Below, piece by piece: positions 48,925-62,704 of a DNA stretch of 64,000 nucleotides. The stretch is from Paraphysomonas bandaiensis (taxonomy: Eukaryota; Protista; Chrysophyceae): the NCBI GenBank assembly GCA_965644295.1, contig CBFFRP010000136.1:186001-250000 (forward strand), read 5' to 3'. The position numbers and the translations under genes were made by a program. Within the stretch, counting starts at the first letter, position 1; each line of letters starts with the position of its first letter. The notes under the pieces were generated by a model. It saw nothing but the letters and a program-made list of their open reading frames with translations. It searched no databases and was not told the origin of the DNA.

Positions 48925-49055
48925 GTCTGTGGGAACAAGTCGATCCAGCAAAAAAAACCAGGCTTTTTTAATGCATGTTGTTTTTAGACGAATATATTTC
49001 AGAGAAATGACGAAAAATGTCGATTTTTTTGCTGGATCGACTTATTCCCACAGAC
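48925..49055. mobile_element. MITE-like element, ~131 bp with ~32-bp TIRs
   Basis: gtctgtgggaacaagtcgatccagcaaaaaaa ... tttttttgctggatcgacttattcccacagac (1 mismatch). Confidence 0.8.
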
Positions 49056-49201
49056 GCTATACCGCTTATATGCAGCTAGGCTTTACGTGCTATATTTCAG
49101 TAATTTTGGATATACACCCAAAAAAATACTCAAATTTTTATGATTTTATGTGCAGTATTGTGAGGTGTCGTATTTCGGAAAAGTGGTTGAAAAAAAATTT
49201 C

Positions 49202-49283
49202 CGACTGCTGCAGGATTCGAACCTGCGCGGGAATTTCCCAATGCATTTCGAGTGCATCTCCTTAACCACTCGGACAAACAGTC
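49202..49283 (-). tRNA. tRNA-Ser(CGA)
   Basis: Acceptor GACTGTT/AGCAGTC with discriminator G; D-loop CCGAGTGGTTAAGG; anticodon arm ATGCA-CT CGA AA-TGCAT; long variable arm; T-arm GCAGGTTCGAATCCTGC. Confidence 0.96.
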
Positions 49284-49614
49284 ACTTATATTATGTCCTC
49301 TAAAAATAACTAAATATATACTTACAAACTTGAATGTATGGAAGATGAAGAGAGACTGGATGGGGATTGTGGTCATCAATGCTCTCAGTGTTCTGAAAAT
49401 GCATCCACAGTATTCCATATATACCTGTACACACATACAGATGCCCTCTGCACCGCATGGAGTATATATGTATCTGTGCGTGTGGTAGATGTCTATGTAG
49501 ACGTGTATGTATGTATGTGTGGGTAGAACTGGAGTGGATTTTATTCTCTGGTCAGATAATTAGAAGCACACACATACACATATATACACACACTGTCATC
49601 TGAATACTGTCATA

Positions 49615-51554
49615 ATGTCTACAAAAGAAGAAATCACTCTTGCCATTGAAAGCAAAGGGAATGAGATCAAAGATCTTAAGGCTCGCAAGCCCCCTACACT
49701 TAAAGAGGACCTCCAGCCTCTAGTAGCCGAGCTCCTCGCTCTTAAGGCATCCTATAAGGACATCACTGGATTAGACTTTGATCCACCTAAGAAGAAGAAG
49801 GTGAGCACTCCAGTGGAAGCACCGGTTAAAGAGGGACCCAGCAAGAAGGATCTCAATAAGGAGAAGAGGAAAGCGGAGAAGGCTGCTAAGCGTGCGGAAG
49901 CTAAAGCAATGGCTGCATCCACACCAGATGCGAATAATTCACAGGGCGCTCCTGTGGTCGATGAGTCTTTGGCTCATCTCTTTGGAGACCTTCCATTGAT
50001 TCGATCCACAGTCATTACCGACAAGGTTTACAAAGATATCGATGAAATTTCTGAGGATCACGCCGGATTCAACATCTGGGTTCGAGCAAGGGTCCATGCA
50101 AATAGAGCTGTGGGAAAGGGGTGCTTTTTATTGCTTCGTCAGCGCGTGGACTCCATTCAGGCGGTTATGTTCCAGGGCGCGTCTGTCCCCAAGGCGATGG
50201 TGAAGTACGCGACCTCTATCCCAATGGAGAGCGTGGTAGATGTGCTCGCTGAGGTTACTGTCCCTGACGTTCCTATTCAAAGTGCTACTGTTAAGAATTT
50301 GGAGCTAAATGTATTGGAGATTCACGCAGTCTCAAGATCTCAGGAGCTTCCTTTCAATCTTGAGGATGCATCAAGGAACGAGGAACAGGCAGCTGCCACA
50401 GGAATGCCGATTGTTCACCAGGACACCTCACTCAACTACCGGTGGATTGATACTCGTACTCCCGCTAACCAGGCCATATTTAGAATTCAGTCCGGCGTCT
50501 GTCAGCTATTCAGGGAGTTTCTCACTGCACAGAAGTTCACCGAGATTCACACACCAAAGCTTATCGCGGGTGCCTCCGAGGGCGGCGCCAACTGTTTCAC
50601 ACTGCAGTACTTCGACCAGTCTGCGTGCCTAGCACAATCTCCACAACTATACAAGCAGATGGTATCCGCATGCGGCGGATTTGACAGAGTGTTTGAGATC
50701 GGTCCCGTCTTTCGCGCGGAAAATTCTAACACCCACAGGTCAGTCTGCCGTTAAGCATTTCAATCATGTGCTCATCCAGCTCTTCTTAGACATCTCTGTG
50801 AGTTCACTGGTATGGACTTCGAAATGGCTATTTACGAGCACTACTACGAGTGCCTAGATGTGAGTTTATGGGTTGCTTGTATTGTATGGTTTCGTTAACT
50901 GTATGTTGTAGTTAATGGGGGAACTCTTCCACTACATGTTCGATGGTATCAGGGACAGGTTCCACCACGAACTACAGATTATCTCTCAACAGTACCCATT
51001 CGAACCATTGCAGTACCAGCGCCCACCGCTTCGTTTGACCTACGCTGAGGGCATTGCTCTGCTGCAGGTGACTGTTGCATTGTTCTCGATGTATTGATTT
51101 AAACTGTGCATAGGCTGCTGGGTCGACTGATGCCTCCGTTGACGATGATCTTAGCACACCTAACGAGAAATGGCTTGGAAAGATTGTTAAGGAGAAGTAT
51201 GGTGTTGACTTCTTTATGATGGACAAGTATCCTCTTGCAGTAAGACCATTTTACACAATGCCCGACCCAGAGAACCCTAAGCTCTCTAATTCTTACGACG
51301 TATTTATTCGCGGCGAAGAAATTGTTTCTGGAGCGCAGCGTATCCATGACCCCGATCTTCTTGTTGAAAGAGCAACTAGCCTCGGTGTCAAAGTTTCCTC
51401 CATTCAGAGTTACGTCGACGCCTTCAAGCATGGAGCGGTGCCACATGCTGGTGGAGGAATTGGAATGGAACGCGTTGTCATGCTCTACCTCGGCTTGAAG
51501 AACATCAGAAAAGTTTCTATGTTCCCCCGTGATCCGTCGAGACTGACGCCGTAA
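49615..51554 (+). CDS. DARS1: Cytoplasmic aspartyl-tRNA synthetase with an N-terminal WHEP-like domain; 3 introns
   Basis: [96 protein letters not shown]. Confidence 0.96.
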
Positions 51555-52180
51555 ACATGATTTTTTTGGTCAGTGCTAGAATAGTTAATATTTTGAGCCT
51601 ATGCCATGGAGTTTGCTATTGCAGCTATGATCTATTTAACGGTATTAAGAAAATTATATGATTGACATCATATCGTCCATAGTCAATATACCCTTAAAAG
51701 TAGCTAGGTATCTTGAGTTTGACTGTTTGAGAGCATGAAAGCAAAACTGTATTTGTGAGGTATTGGAATTATGACCTTTACATGAAGAATGCAGTTTTCA
51801 CTTTTCACTAATAGTATTACGTAGCCACGAAATGAAAAATGAAATATACATACATTTACTATGTATATAGTTACAGATATCGAATACTAGCGTACATCCA
51901 TCTATTATAAAAATATACTGCGGTGTGTTTGGAGTTCTATTTGTACCTGGTATCTGGCTATAACAAATTTCAGAATTTGGGTTATCAACTGCAACACGAT
52001 ATCAAGACAATAATTATCTATTAATCCATTTCCATTTCAAAGTACTGATTATATAGTAAGGCTATGGATAAACGCATAGAAACACAACACATTTCTAAAA
52101 CATATGGCAATCAGCTGCATCACGACGAGGAATTTTGTCTGTATGCCACAAACTACCACACACCACAAAATAATTCCGCA

Positions 52181-53555
52181 CTATTTCTTTCCCTTTCCTT
52201 TCTTTTTCTTCTTCTTCGCCTCGGCCTCTTCCAGGGCCTTTCGTTCACGCTCCTTTTCATCTGCAATTGCCTTAAGGCGTTGCTCCATCTCAATCTTTGC
52301 CTGCTGTAACCGTTCCGCCTGATATCTGTGATAAGGACAAAGTAATATGACACCGATGGACTCACCTCAGCTAAGCGCCTGGATTCCGCTCTCTGACAGC
52401 GGCGTTCTTCCAACCAACTTGAGAGCTCTTTTTGCTTCTGCTCCCCCTGCATATACTTCTCAGCGGCTTCAATTATTACAATAATAGCCACACACCTCCT
52501 CCTTATCGCGCCGGGATTTCTCGACCTGTTCGCTTGCTTCTTGTTGTTGCCGCCTCAAGCGCTCTGCCTCTTCAAACGCAGCCAAGTTGCTATCCAGCTG
52601 ATTCGCTACCTTAACTACATCCTTCATATCCATGCCATTGTGGCTTACATCACAAAACAACAATTGCTTATTCTTGCACATGTGACGGGAAAATATACTT
52701 CCCCCGAGCTGACCAGCACCCACTCGCCAGATATTCAGAGACTTAAGACCCGTGTTAACTGCTAAAGACTCGGCAAATGCTGTGAAACCCTGTATATTAT
52801 TGGGGTTAACTAGTGGGTTGGAGTCCAATGACAGATAGACCAGCGTGGTGTTTACTGATAAAGATTCACCGAAGGCTGTGCAGGTCAGTGGTCCGAGCTG
52901 ATTGTTATCAAGCTCAAGCTTCCTGATCGTATTATTTCTCTTCAACATTCTCGCCAAATAAGATCCAGCATGATCCGATAGATCATTCGACGACAGGTCC
53001 AAACAGGTAATGGAATTATTCACCCACATAGCCTTCGCAAGAGCTCTTGCACCTACAGAATTAATGTCTAACCGAGCTGACGAGCCCAATAAATTCTCTC
53101 TAACAAGTTCGATCATCATCCCGATATGATGGTTCTTCGTTACTTCATCTTGTTCTTCTTGAAGCATTTTCTCCATCATCATTCTTCGTCTTTGTAGCCC
53201 AGCCTGCCTTGCAGCCCGACGACGAACTTCTCTTCTAACAAGGCGAGCATTCTCTAGATCCTGTTTAAATTCTTCGTCAAAAGCTTTCTGGAGAACTTCT
53301 CTATCTGTGTCTGGAAAACCAGTGGTTTTAAGGTTTCTTTTCTCCATCTACAAATTTTAATGTTGAATTAAACTAATGACATTAATCAATACTCACCTCA
53401 TAATACACGTCCGAATTATTGAGGTTAGCAGCAATTGTGGGACGAAAGGAAGCATCGTCTTCTTCCGTATCGTCAATGTTAGATATTTCATCATCAATAT
53501 GCTGATCCGTCAACCCCTCCAACTCTTCAAACTCTTTCATTAACTTCACGTCCAT
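52181..53555 (-). CDS. RNI-like leucine-rich-repeat protein with coiled coils and a lysine-rich C-terminus; 3 introns
   Basis: 28-residue-type LRRs (NNSITCLDLSSNDLSD, NNTIRKLELDNNQLG, NTTLVYLSLDSNPL); spliced C-terminus AEAKKKKKKGKGKK*. Confidence 0.85.
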
Positions 53556-54138
53556 CTTACAGTTGTTTGAACACTAATAAGACACAATACTTAACGGTCG
53601 AATAGATCTCAACAGCTGCAAGAATGAATAAGAATAACACCCCTGTATCAGTGAAAGCAATTTACCTGAATAAATCCACAGCCAGCTCCCCAAATACACC
53701 TCAGACTAACACTAACCTGGACGAGAAATATGGTGCATATATATACATAGATGTGTGTGTGTATGTATGTGTATATGGAGTTACAGTGCTGTAAGATGCT
53801 CTTACTGTGAAACTGCCATCTTTTTTTCCTAGGTTCCACATATCCTGATTTTTCGATAAATCCTTAGTTTTTATAGAAATATCGTAATATATAGCCATCA
53901 TTTCATGCATCAGTATTTCCTGTATTTCTCTATATAATACAGAATGAAATTACAAACTGAAAAAGAACGATTCAAGATATATTCGTATGGTGTGGTGAGT
54001 ATATGGCCCCAAAAAAACAAATAGATGAAACACACAATGAATGTGTTGAGGCTGCCTTGTATCAGTAATTTGCAAGAGGAGAGGTAGGTGTTCTACATAT
54101 CAGGCTGCTTAGACCTTACGTTGATTGTTTAGTTCAAC

Positions 54139-54832
54139 ATGCTAGCTGGTAGACAAAAGATTGTGAAAGCTAATGGCGCTGAGCCAGACGAGTTGGAGGC
54201 TCAGGTTGCTCAGGAACTTCTCAACCTTGAGGTGAGTAACAGCGACCAGCTGCTATTAGTAATAACAATATCTATACGCTTTAGATGTCAGCTAATGAAT
54301 TGAAAGCGGATCTTCACGATCTTTATATCTCTGCTGCTCGTGAGGTGGAAGTTGGCGGGGGCCGTAAGGCTATTGTCATTTTCGTCCCTTACAGACAGCT
54401 CAAAGATTTCCACAAAATTCAACCCAGACTTGTTCGTGAGTTGGAGAAGAAGTTCAGGTAATTAGATGTCTGCCCTTGTTGGATCATTTATTCTAATAAT
54501 GTGACACTTTTAGTGGAAGACACGTTGTTATTGTTGCCCAGAGAACCATTCTCCCCAAGACTGTCAACCGCTCTGCTCTCCAGAAGGGTCCCCGTTCTCG
54601 CTCCAGGACTCTGACACATGTTCATGAGCAGATTCTTGAAGACATCGTGTACCCCACTGAAATCGTAGGCAAGCGCACTCGCCATAGGGTCGATGGCTCC
54701 AAGACCCTTAAGGTGTACCTCAACCCCAAAGACCAGGTCAACGTTGAGACCAAACTCGATACATTCACCTGCGTGTACAACAGCCTTACTCATAAGGACG
54801 TTGCCTTCGAATTCCCTGTGGAGAACCCATAG
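54139..54832 (+). CDS. RPS7: 40S ribosomal protein S7 (eS7); 2 coding introns
   Basis: [70 protein letters not shown]. Confidence 0.97.
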
Positions 54833-55151
54833 ATGAATTGGCTAGCTATGTCTGTGTTTTAGCACACTCCTCTTGCTTAAATTAATCAGATACTTTCATA
54901 ATTTGGGCGTATGCTGTTTGCTTCACCATATTTCTTGCAACTCAGATAAGTTTGTAAAGTAAAATGAGACCATTTAAAAGTAGATTATTCAAATGATTTA
55001 GTTATGTTGTTAAATATGCAGTCATAATCTGATTTAATTTAAGCAGGAATTAATCTACGAAGTGGGGCCTTATATCTCATAGCAATAGCTATTTAAAGAC
55101 CGTATAATGCATAAATGTATACTGCCCTAACCTAAGACCAAGCATAGTAAT

Positions 55152-55250
55152 CAGGGCTGCATAACAATTAATTGTCAGTTATTTATAGTTGCAATTATCA
55201 TCTGTCCCTATTTCAATTATTGCAATGACATAATTGACAATTAATTGTTG
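55152..55250. mobile_element. Short MITE/relic of hAT family B
   Basis: cagggctgcataacaattaattgtc ... gacaattaattgtt resembles the TIRs at 25591/26362. The right TIR is truncated. Confidence 0.7.
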
Positions 55251-55566
55251 CTCGTGTTGGAATACGTAGAATGAAATAACAATGCTGATTCTGCCATATT
55301 CTAATAGATTCTTTGTTACTAAGTAGAGAGATATCGTGAAGTGGAAGCCTTCAATAATGCCGACGGCGACAACCCAGTCGATTAAAAAAGTCTCAAATGA
55401 GGGTATTACACTAAAATACGTGATAGAAGTAGAAAGTCACTGTAATTTATATAATTAGAAAATGTCTGGATTAGAAGATTGGGTTGTAGCCTAATTTAGC
55501 TATGCTTCTTAACAACAATAGCTACAATTCGCTAACATGATTGACACCTACAAATATTTAACTTTG

Positions 55567-57441
55567 TCATGAAGTAGTTCTGAAAGACAGAAACTGTCGC
55601 AATGGACGCTTGGCTAAATACCCCTGCGGGCCGCTAAATATTTCCAAGTCTTCATCTGAGAGAGATAATTCCTGATAGATACAAGTTAAAATACAGAAAC
55701 GAATGACATTGACATACTCTGAATTCCCAGGTAAAAGTTAAGCTATCGTCGCCAACGCTACTTTGGCACTGTGGCTTTCTGGCTGCACGCATGAATTCAT
55801 CCAAGGCCGTACGGATCTCATTTGTTATCAAGACCAATGTTGAATCGTTACAGATCTGGTCACCAAAATCAGATTGAAAACACGGCAGAGTAAGGCCGGT
55901 CTGATGCACTTACCACATTGAGAACTCGCAAAATTGGTAGTACAGAGTCTGTCTGGTAGAAACAATCGGATAGCACCACCAGATCTGGCGACAACAACTT
56001 AAGTTCTTGGATACGGGGTTCCTGACTTTTATCTTTCAATGACCAGTCAAACTCCACTACTCGAGATGGTCCGTCATCGCATCCAGTCAAAAGTGCAAGG
56101 TTCTCTCTCAGGACCCCCGCAAGGTTTGGTCGGTCGACAGCAATCACATCCCACCCGCAAAGACTCAGAACGGCGCTTGTGAGCCCGCACCCAGCGCCAA
56201 GATCCACCGCTACAGCGCGATCGCCTTCCACAGGTCGCGCATCATTATTTCTCTGATGAATTAATTCCCGAATAGCCCCAAGAGATGGGTAATGTAACAA
56301 GAACCTACATGTTACACTGTTAATCTACGTCTAATTTGAAAACGATGACGGATAGGTACCTAGACGTCACAACAGAACTCGCCCATAGAACCGCCCCTAT
56401 GCTCCCTGCACTTCCATTCTCTTCATTACTACGTACCAGTTGCTTGATAGTAAGAGTACGCTTGGCTAGATTTTGTCCAGCCAATTGTGGCACCAAGCAA
56501 TGCGCTGATACTACCGGTAAGGTGTCACCCCAGCTGGTCATTTGCAGTCGACCCATTGTATTATCTTGTTCCTCGCATGTGACAAACGTTACTTCCCACA
56601 ACTCTATATCATCAGAGCAGTAGTATGCGTCATGATCACCCAGGGGGATAGTGCGGACGCACAATCCATGCTCAGCTGCCAGCCGACGAAACTCCTGCAG
56701 CAGTTACACAACATAAAAGTTAAGTAAATTCTTCAATAGTTCATACATACATGTCTCGGATCATAAGAAGGGTAAGTCCGATGTTCGTAAGAAAAAATTG
56801 CGGTGCTACTTTCGTCCATGACTGCTTTAACTGCCTGTAACATGCGCGTATGAGTCACGTCAATAATACGCATGTAAGCGGACCAGTATCAATGGCTCTA
56901 TAGGATACAGTTTCGGGAGAACACAATCAGATACCAATACAACATCAAACGGGGGATTCAGCTGATCTACTGGTCCACCCCATTCATATTCACGATAAAC
57001 AACATCAGCTTCATCATTGCCGATGCTGTTTCGGTATATATCTATGTTGCTCTCAAGCAAGTTTCGAACAGAACTTTGATCACTTAAGACAACAGACGCA
57101 CCTAAAGCACAAGCAGCAAGGCCAACGCATCCTGTTCCACTACCAATATCAATCACCCTCTTTGAATTCAACCCACCATTTCCAAAGCGTTTCTCTAAGT
57201 ACTTGACCAGTACATGAGCTGCAGGCCAAACAACAGCACCAGTGCCTATACCCTTGAGCTCACCATTGTCAATCTGATTGAACGACATCTTCCTTCTATC
57301 ATTCAATTCTATTTCATAGATAGGAGAGTTCTGAAATCGCTGTCGCCATTGCAGGCTATTGGCTGCACGCTGAGCCCGCCCGCTCTTCATCCTCACCGCT
57401 CCATCTCGAAACATGCTCGTTATATCAGGAGCACTCGCCAT
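55567..57441 (-). CDS. Protein-lysine methyltransferase-like (family 16, METTL21/EFM-like) with two tandem catalytic domains; ~5 introns
   Basis: Domain 1: GTGAVVWPAA, VIDIGSGTG, DVVLVSDCV. Domain 2: IGAVLWASS, VDLGAGCGL, DLVVLSDCFY. The exons join in frame through GT-AG introns. Confidence 0.82.
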
Positions 57442-58561
57442 TATATCTGATTAGCAATAGTCTTTAATGAATGTGTTAGAGAGGCATTAAGTTTCCCTTG
57501 GTCAGTTATATTGTATGCATAGGGTCACAATCTGGTCAATTGAATCCATAATCATGCGGACAGAGCAGAGTGTATTAATGTATGAATGCCCATGCAGCAT
57601 ATGGATAGGATTATAATACAGTGGTTTACCAAACTTAGTCTCCACAAACTACCTAAAAACCCCAGGTTTTCTCTTTTCTGTATCGAAATATCTACAGTAT
57701 ACAGTATATCTATCAAGATATCCTGCATGATGATATGGGGGAGTATCTTAACAGACATGCCGACTGTGATACAGTGCTAATATCGAGTGCTTCGATCACC
57801 TGATATCCTTATTATCTGGAGTCATTATCCAGTATGAACCGGGAGTTATGCACCACTCTCTATGTGTTATCTATACCCATAATATGATATGTGACCACTC
57901 ATGGTTCGTTGGCCTCGTTGTATATCATGCATCATCTGTATACGAAACGTATCCGACACTGTTATATATACCCCGCATGCAGCATACTAGTCTCTATTCT
58001 ACAGCTCTGTCTCCTCTTGCAATTACAACATGTATTGCTGAACGCTGAACGTATATTGCAACAACAACAACAACAATATTCAGTACAATGTATTGAATCT
58101 GTAACCCTGCTTTAGCTTGTATTACAGTTTATGTCAGCAGCAGATCTTATGTCTACATCGTGAGGAGATAAAGCTGTGTATATTAAGGAGTTCATACTTT
58201 GAGTTTCGAGTTCACAGTGAATGAATAATCGCTTTTGTATGTAGAAGGAAAATTCCATTTTTTCTGGTATTAAAATAAAAGTAATTAATGACATTATACC
58301 CGTCAATATTAGCTACAATAATTGTTACTAGGTTCACATAGAACTCACGGACTCACTATTTTCTCAACTACGGGCACATTGTGATGAATATGTCAAGTAG
58401 TAGTATCTCAATCGCATATGCTATGTTTGATAATTCAATACAAATGATTATAATACTTTGCATTCGTGCAAATTATTTGAATATCTCTATTTCCTATTGT
58501 AATACATATGTAACGAAACACCTTCACAAGAACTTAATCCAAACCACTCATAACCGGTAGT

Positions 58562-60637
58562 CTACTTATGATCATCCCCCATAATTTCGTCAATATGCGA
58601 CCGCAATTCTGATAGCTCTGGCATCTCCCAGAATATAATATCCCCAAATGCCCCGACAGAGACAATTTGGGATAGATCTGGACTCATTTTAACTGCTTTT
58701 ACACCTCCACTGTGGCCTCTACCTACAGCGGCTGGAATACCGTCATCATAGTGCCACACCTTCACAAGCTTATCTTCACTGCCCGATATAAAAAACTCTC
58801 CTTCAGGCTCAACATCAAGTGACGTCATGACTGCATCTCCACCTTCAATCACACGGATAGCCTGCCCGTCCACAGCATCCCAGTAAGAAAGTTTAAAGTT
58901 GGACCCACAAGTGAGCATCTGAGACTCATCGGGATGGAAGAAGACGCTCGTGAAGACTGTAGGTTCGAAAAAGGCAGTGATACGTACATACCGCTCAAGG
59001 TCCCAAACAATACAGCTCCCATCCGAGGACGCCGATATGCACTGACTACCGTCTCTGTTCACCTTCAGACAATTAATAGCACCCCTGTGCTCTTTTAATG
59101 AAGCCACTAGAGTCTGATGTGAGCTGTGAACATTCCAGATCCTGACTTTCCCTTCATCACCGCCAGACACCATACGCCATGGGGAATGCGAGTCATTGTC
59201 ACAAAGTGCAATTGCCGTCACCTTCTCTGAATGCGCATCCGGAATTACGAACTTCATGCGTCCTGTCTCAGGGTAGAAGGCACGGATCCGCCCATCATTC
59301 CACCCGCTCACCAAAGAGCTTCCGGTGGGAGTTACCTGGCAACACAGACACTCAAGGTTTGGAACCTGGATGCGCAAAAGCTCTTGTCTAATCCGAACAT
59401 TCCATATCCTTATATCTCCAACACTAGAAGTGACAATCAAATCGGGGCATCCTTCAGGAAATGATATATCATTGACAGGACCATGGTGGCATGACATCTT
59501 TAGCTCTACATGACTGAGATCGGCAGACATGAGATACTTATTGCAAAGGTCTGTACCGGCCAAAATCTCATTTTTTGAAGGGGATAGCGAAAGTGACTTC
59601 ACAGCACCCATAAGTTCAGCTTTGCACGATGTTACAACATTCATAGAGTTATTGAGATAGGTGACGGTGCCATCACCTGCACCAACTAGGATATTGGTGT
59701 TACCTGTGTTCTCATTCAGAACACAACGGATTGATCGCACACCCTTTGCAAAGCGATGCTTTGAACAGCCAACCATTGTTGGGCACGTGGTATCGGGGTC
59801 ATTAGGTGAGTGGATATCGTTGCGATCAATCTTTACTTTTATTACATCACCCGTGTGAGTGCCAAAAAATGCGAAGTGGTCGTCGTCAGTGATTGACAAG
59901 CACTGCATAACACGACGGAGCTGACCCATCTTGACGTCCATTGCGTGCAGCTTAGGTAGGGAGAAATCAACTTGCCATACTCTGCAGTTATAATGACCAG
60001 CAGTAACAATACGGTCGTTCCTTCCGTGCAGCCACATTACACACAGTGCAGAGTCCGGTGCAGCTGGAGAGCCACATAAGGCTTCCCCATCCGCCACGCG
60101 CCACACGACCAAAGCGTTATCATCTGGACCACCTAGTGTACATATATAGTCGCTATCACGTGAAAACCCTATGTCTTGAACTTTTCCCAAATGTTGCTTC
60201 AGCTTACGAATTATGCACGCATCTCCAATCATTACCGCTCCAGAGGAGCACATTTTCTTTGCTTCGTCGAAATCCCAGATTATTACATCAGCCTATCTCT
60301 CTATAAGAACAATTGCAATATGACAACAAAATATCACACCTTTACACCAGCGAAATTCTTTTGGCCGGATGCTAATGTACGACCATCACGAGAAATTCGT
60401 ACACAAGTCACCTCGTGAGTGTGTCCATCTAGAAACGATTCTTTATCAGTTTTGACATTCTTAACAACAACCAACGATCCCAGCGCATATACGACAAAAC
60501 GTCCACATGGAGAATACTGCAATGCACCAGTCACATTTCCTGAAGATAACGGCTTTCAGATACATTACAAATACATGCATGACAGTAGTACCACTAAATC
60601 CAATAACCGACTTTATTTTCAAATCAAGAGGATTCAT
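58562..60637 (-). CDS. CFAP52: Cilia- and flagella-associated protein 52 (WDR16), WD40 repeats; 2 introns
   Basis: SVIGFSGNVTGAL, FLDGHT, LASGQ, LGGPDDNALVVW, DIRIWNV....ELLRIQVPNL, SGWNDGRIRAF, CISASSDGSCIVWDL, HPDESQMLTCG, SGSEDKLVKVWHY. Confidence 0.93.
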
Positions 60638-61235
60638 TTCCCGCTCCCAAAGTGCCTTATTAAAAATTTACGGCAACCAATTTGTCAATAGAGTGATGAT
60701 GAGCGTCTATATCGAATCTTGCATGTAAGAAGAATAAACTCCAATCAGTTCATTGAATTTATGCAGTTACAAAAATGGTTTTCAGTTACAACTCCCATCT
60801 ATTGCAACCGCTGAAGTATCTTGTATGGTCACACTTCATACATTTTCACTGCTACTTTCTTTAAAATACAGTATTTTATATCGATCAGGCAAAACAAAAC
60901 AGGATTTTTTGTTGTATTCTGTTTTTTTGATCAGTATTTCTCCAAAAAAAGGTTCTGACCGACATGTATTTTTATGCAATTTGCTACATGTACTGCAATA
61001 TATGTACTGCTGTATATACAACAGAGTACACGCTGTTATGTACAACAGTACGTGCTGTATGTACTGTATGTCCTCTGTGTACCTGTGCTGTATTCCTTCT
61101 TCATGATCTCTCGGCAGAATAGAATATGCGACTGTGGTCCTGTGCTGTCCGGCCCTCTGATCTCATCAAGAACATCGCATCCCACTGCTCACAATAGTCT
61201 CTATATCGATATTACTACCAGACATTAACCTCATC

Positions 61236-62395
61236 ATGTTCAGCACACGTACTCTTGCAAGGAAGGTGACCACTACTGCTGTCAGGAACTACAAGGTGGC
61301 TGTTGTGGGTGCCAGCGGTGGTATCGGTGGGAGAATACATACATGTTCACACATCACTCTGATGATATATATATATACAGGCCAGCCTCTTTCTCTCCTC
61401 CTCAAACTCGACCACCATGTGACTCAGCTATCGCTGTATGATGTTGTTAATACTCCGGGTGTTGCTGCAGATATCGGACACATATGCACACCTGCGAGGA
61501 CCAGAGGATACGTTGGTCCTGATGAAATCCATCATGCCCTGGATGGATGCGACGTTGTTGTTATTCCAGCAGGTGTTCCAAGAAAGCCAGGAATGACTCG
61601 TGACGACCTGTTCAACACTAATGCTAGTATTGTCCAGGGAATTGCTGAGGCATCCGCTAAAGCGTGTCCCAATGCCATGTTCCTTATTATATCCAACCCC
61701 GTCAACTCCACTGTTCCTATCTTCGCTGAGACATTGAAAAAGAGTGGAGTATACAACAAGAAGCGAGTATTTGGTGTTACTTCCCTCGACGTTGTGCGTG
61801 CTAATGCGTTTGTGGCCGAGAACCAAGGCTTTGACGTGAACAAAATGAACGTACCGGTGATTGGTGGTCACGCGGGCAAAACAATTCTCCCCCTCCTCTC
61901 CCAAGTCCCAGGTGCTAAGTTCAGCGAGGATGATATCGCGAAGCTCACGCATAGAATTCAGGTAATAACTGTCGTAGTGGCAAATGCGCGTGATAACTAA
62001 TACACTCTATGCATAGTTCGGAGGTGACGAGGTCGTTGAAGCCAAGGCTGGTGCTGGGTCTGCCACACTTTCTATGGTATAATAAACGTACTGTACTTAT
62101 GCAGTCACTCATTATTAGATGTACTTGAATCATATAGGCTTACGCTGGTAAATTTTTTGCGAGCCGCCTCATGTCGGCTATGTCCGGCGAAAAGGACGTC
62201 GTGGAGTGTACTTTCGTAGAGAATGATCTCACCTCGGCCCCCTTCTTCTCCACCAAGGTGCGCCTCGGTCCTAACGGCGCAGAAGAAGTTCTACCATTTG
62301 GCGCCCTGAGTAAGTTTGAGCAAGACAGTCTAGATAAACTTGTACCGGACCTCATCGTCCAGGCCAACAAGGGCGTTAGTTTCGTTACCAAGTGA
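61236..62395 (+). CDS. MDH2: Mitochondrial malate dehydrogenase; 3 introns
   Basis: Basic transit peptide [11 protein letters not shown]; [85 protein letters not shown]. Confidence 0.97.
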
Positions 62396-62704
62396 ATTTC
62401 CACACAGAGAAGATTTCATGAATTGGTGAAGCTATTGTCCTAGATTTTCGCGAAATTCTTGTAATTTACGTAGTTTTAATTCAGTATCTACCACCAAGGA
62501 ATGAATACCTTATATGACTTATATCATTAATTTTGAGGGAAAGCGCTTACTATATATAATGCTAAAATCTGTTTAAAATTCTTTATATTCGAAAGTGAGT
62601 CTCGACAATGCCCCTTAAGAGCATTGACAAAAAAATCTTTTGAAGTATACCCCATTCGGAGGGCATCCACGATGGTGTTGTTAAACTTAATCTATGTTAG
62701 GTGC

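Noticed and set aside
55255-55515. Solo LTR starting tgttggaatacgta that truncates the hAT-B MITE
   Set aside because: Only the first ~14 bp match the Copia-2 LTR. No TSD or defensible 3' end was found.
7416-62395. Malic enzyme plus MDH as a metabolic gene cluster
   Set aside because: They are 52 kb apart with unrelated genes between them, so there is no evidence of functional clustering.
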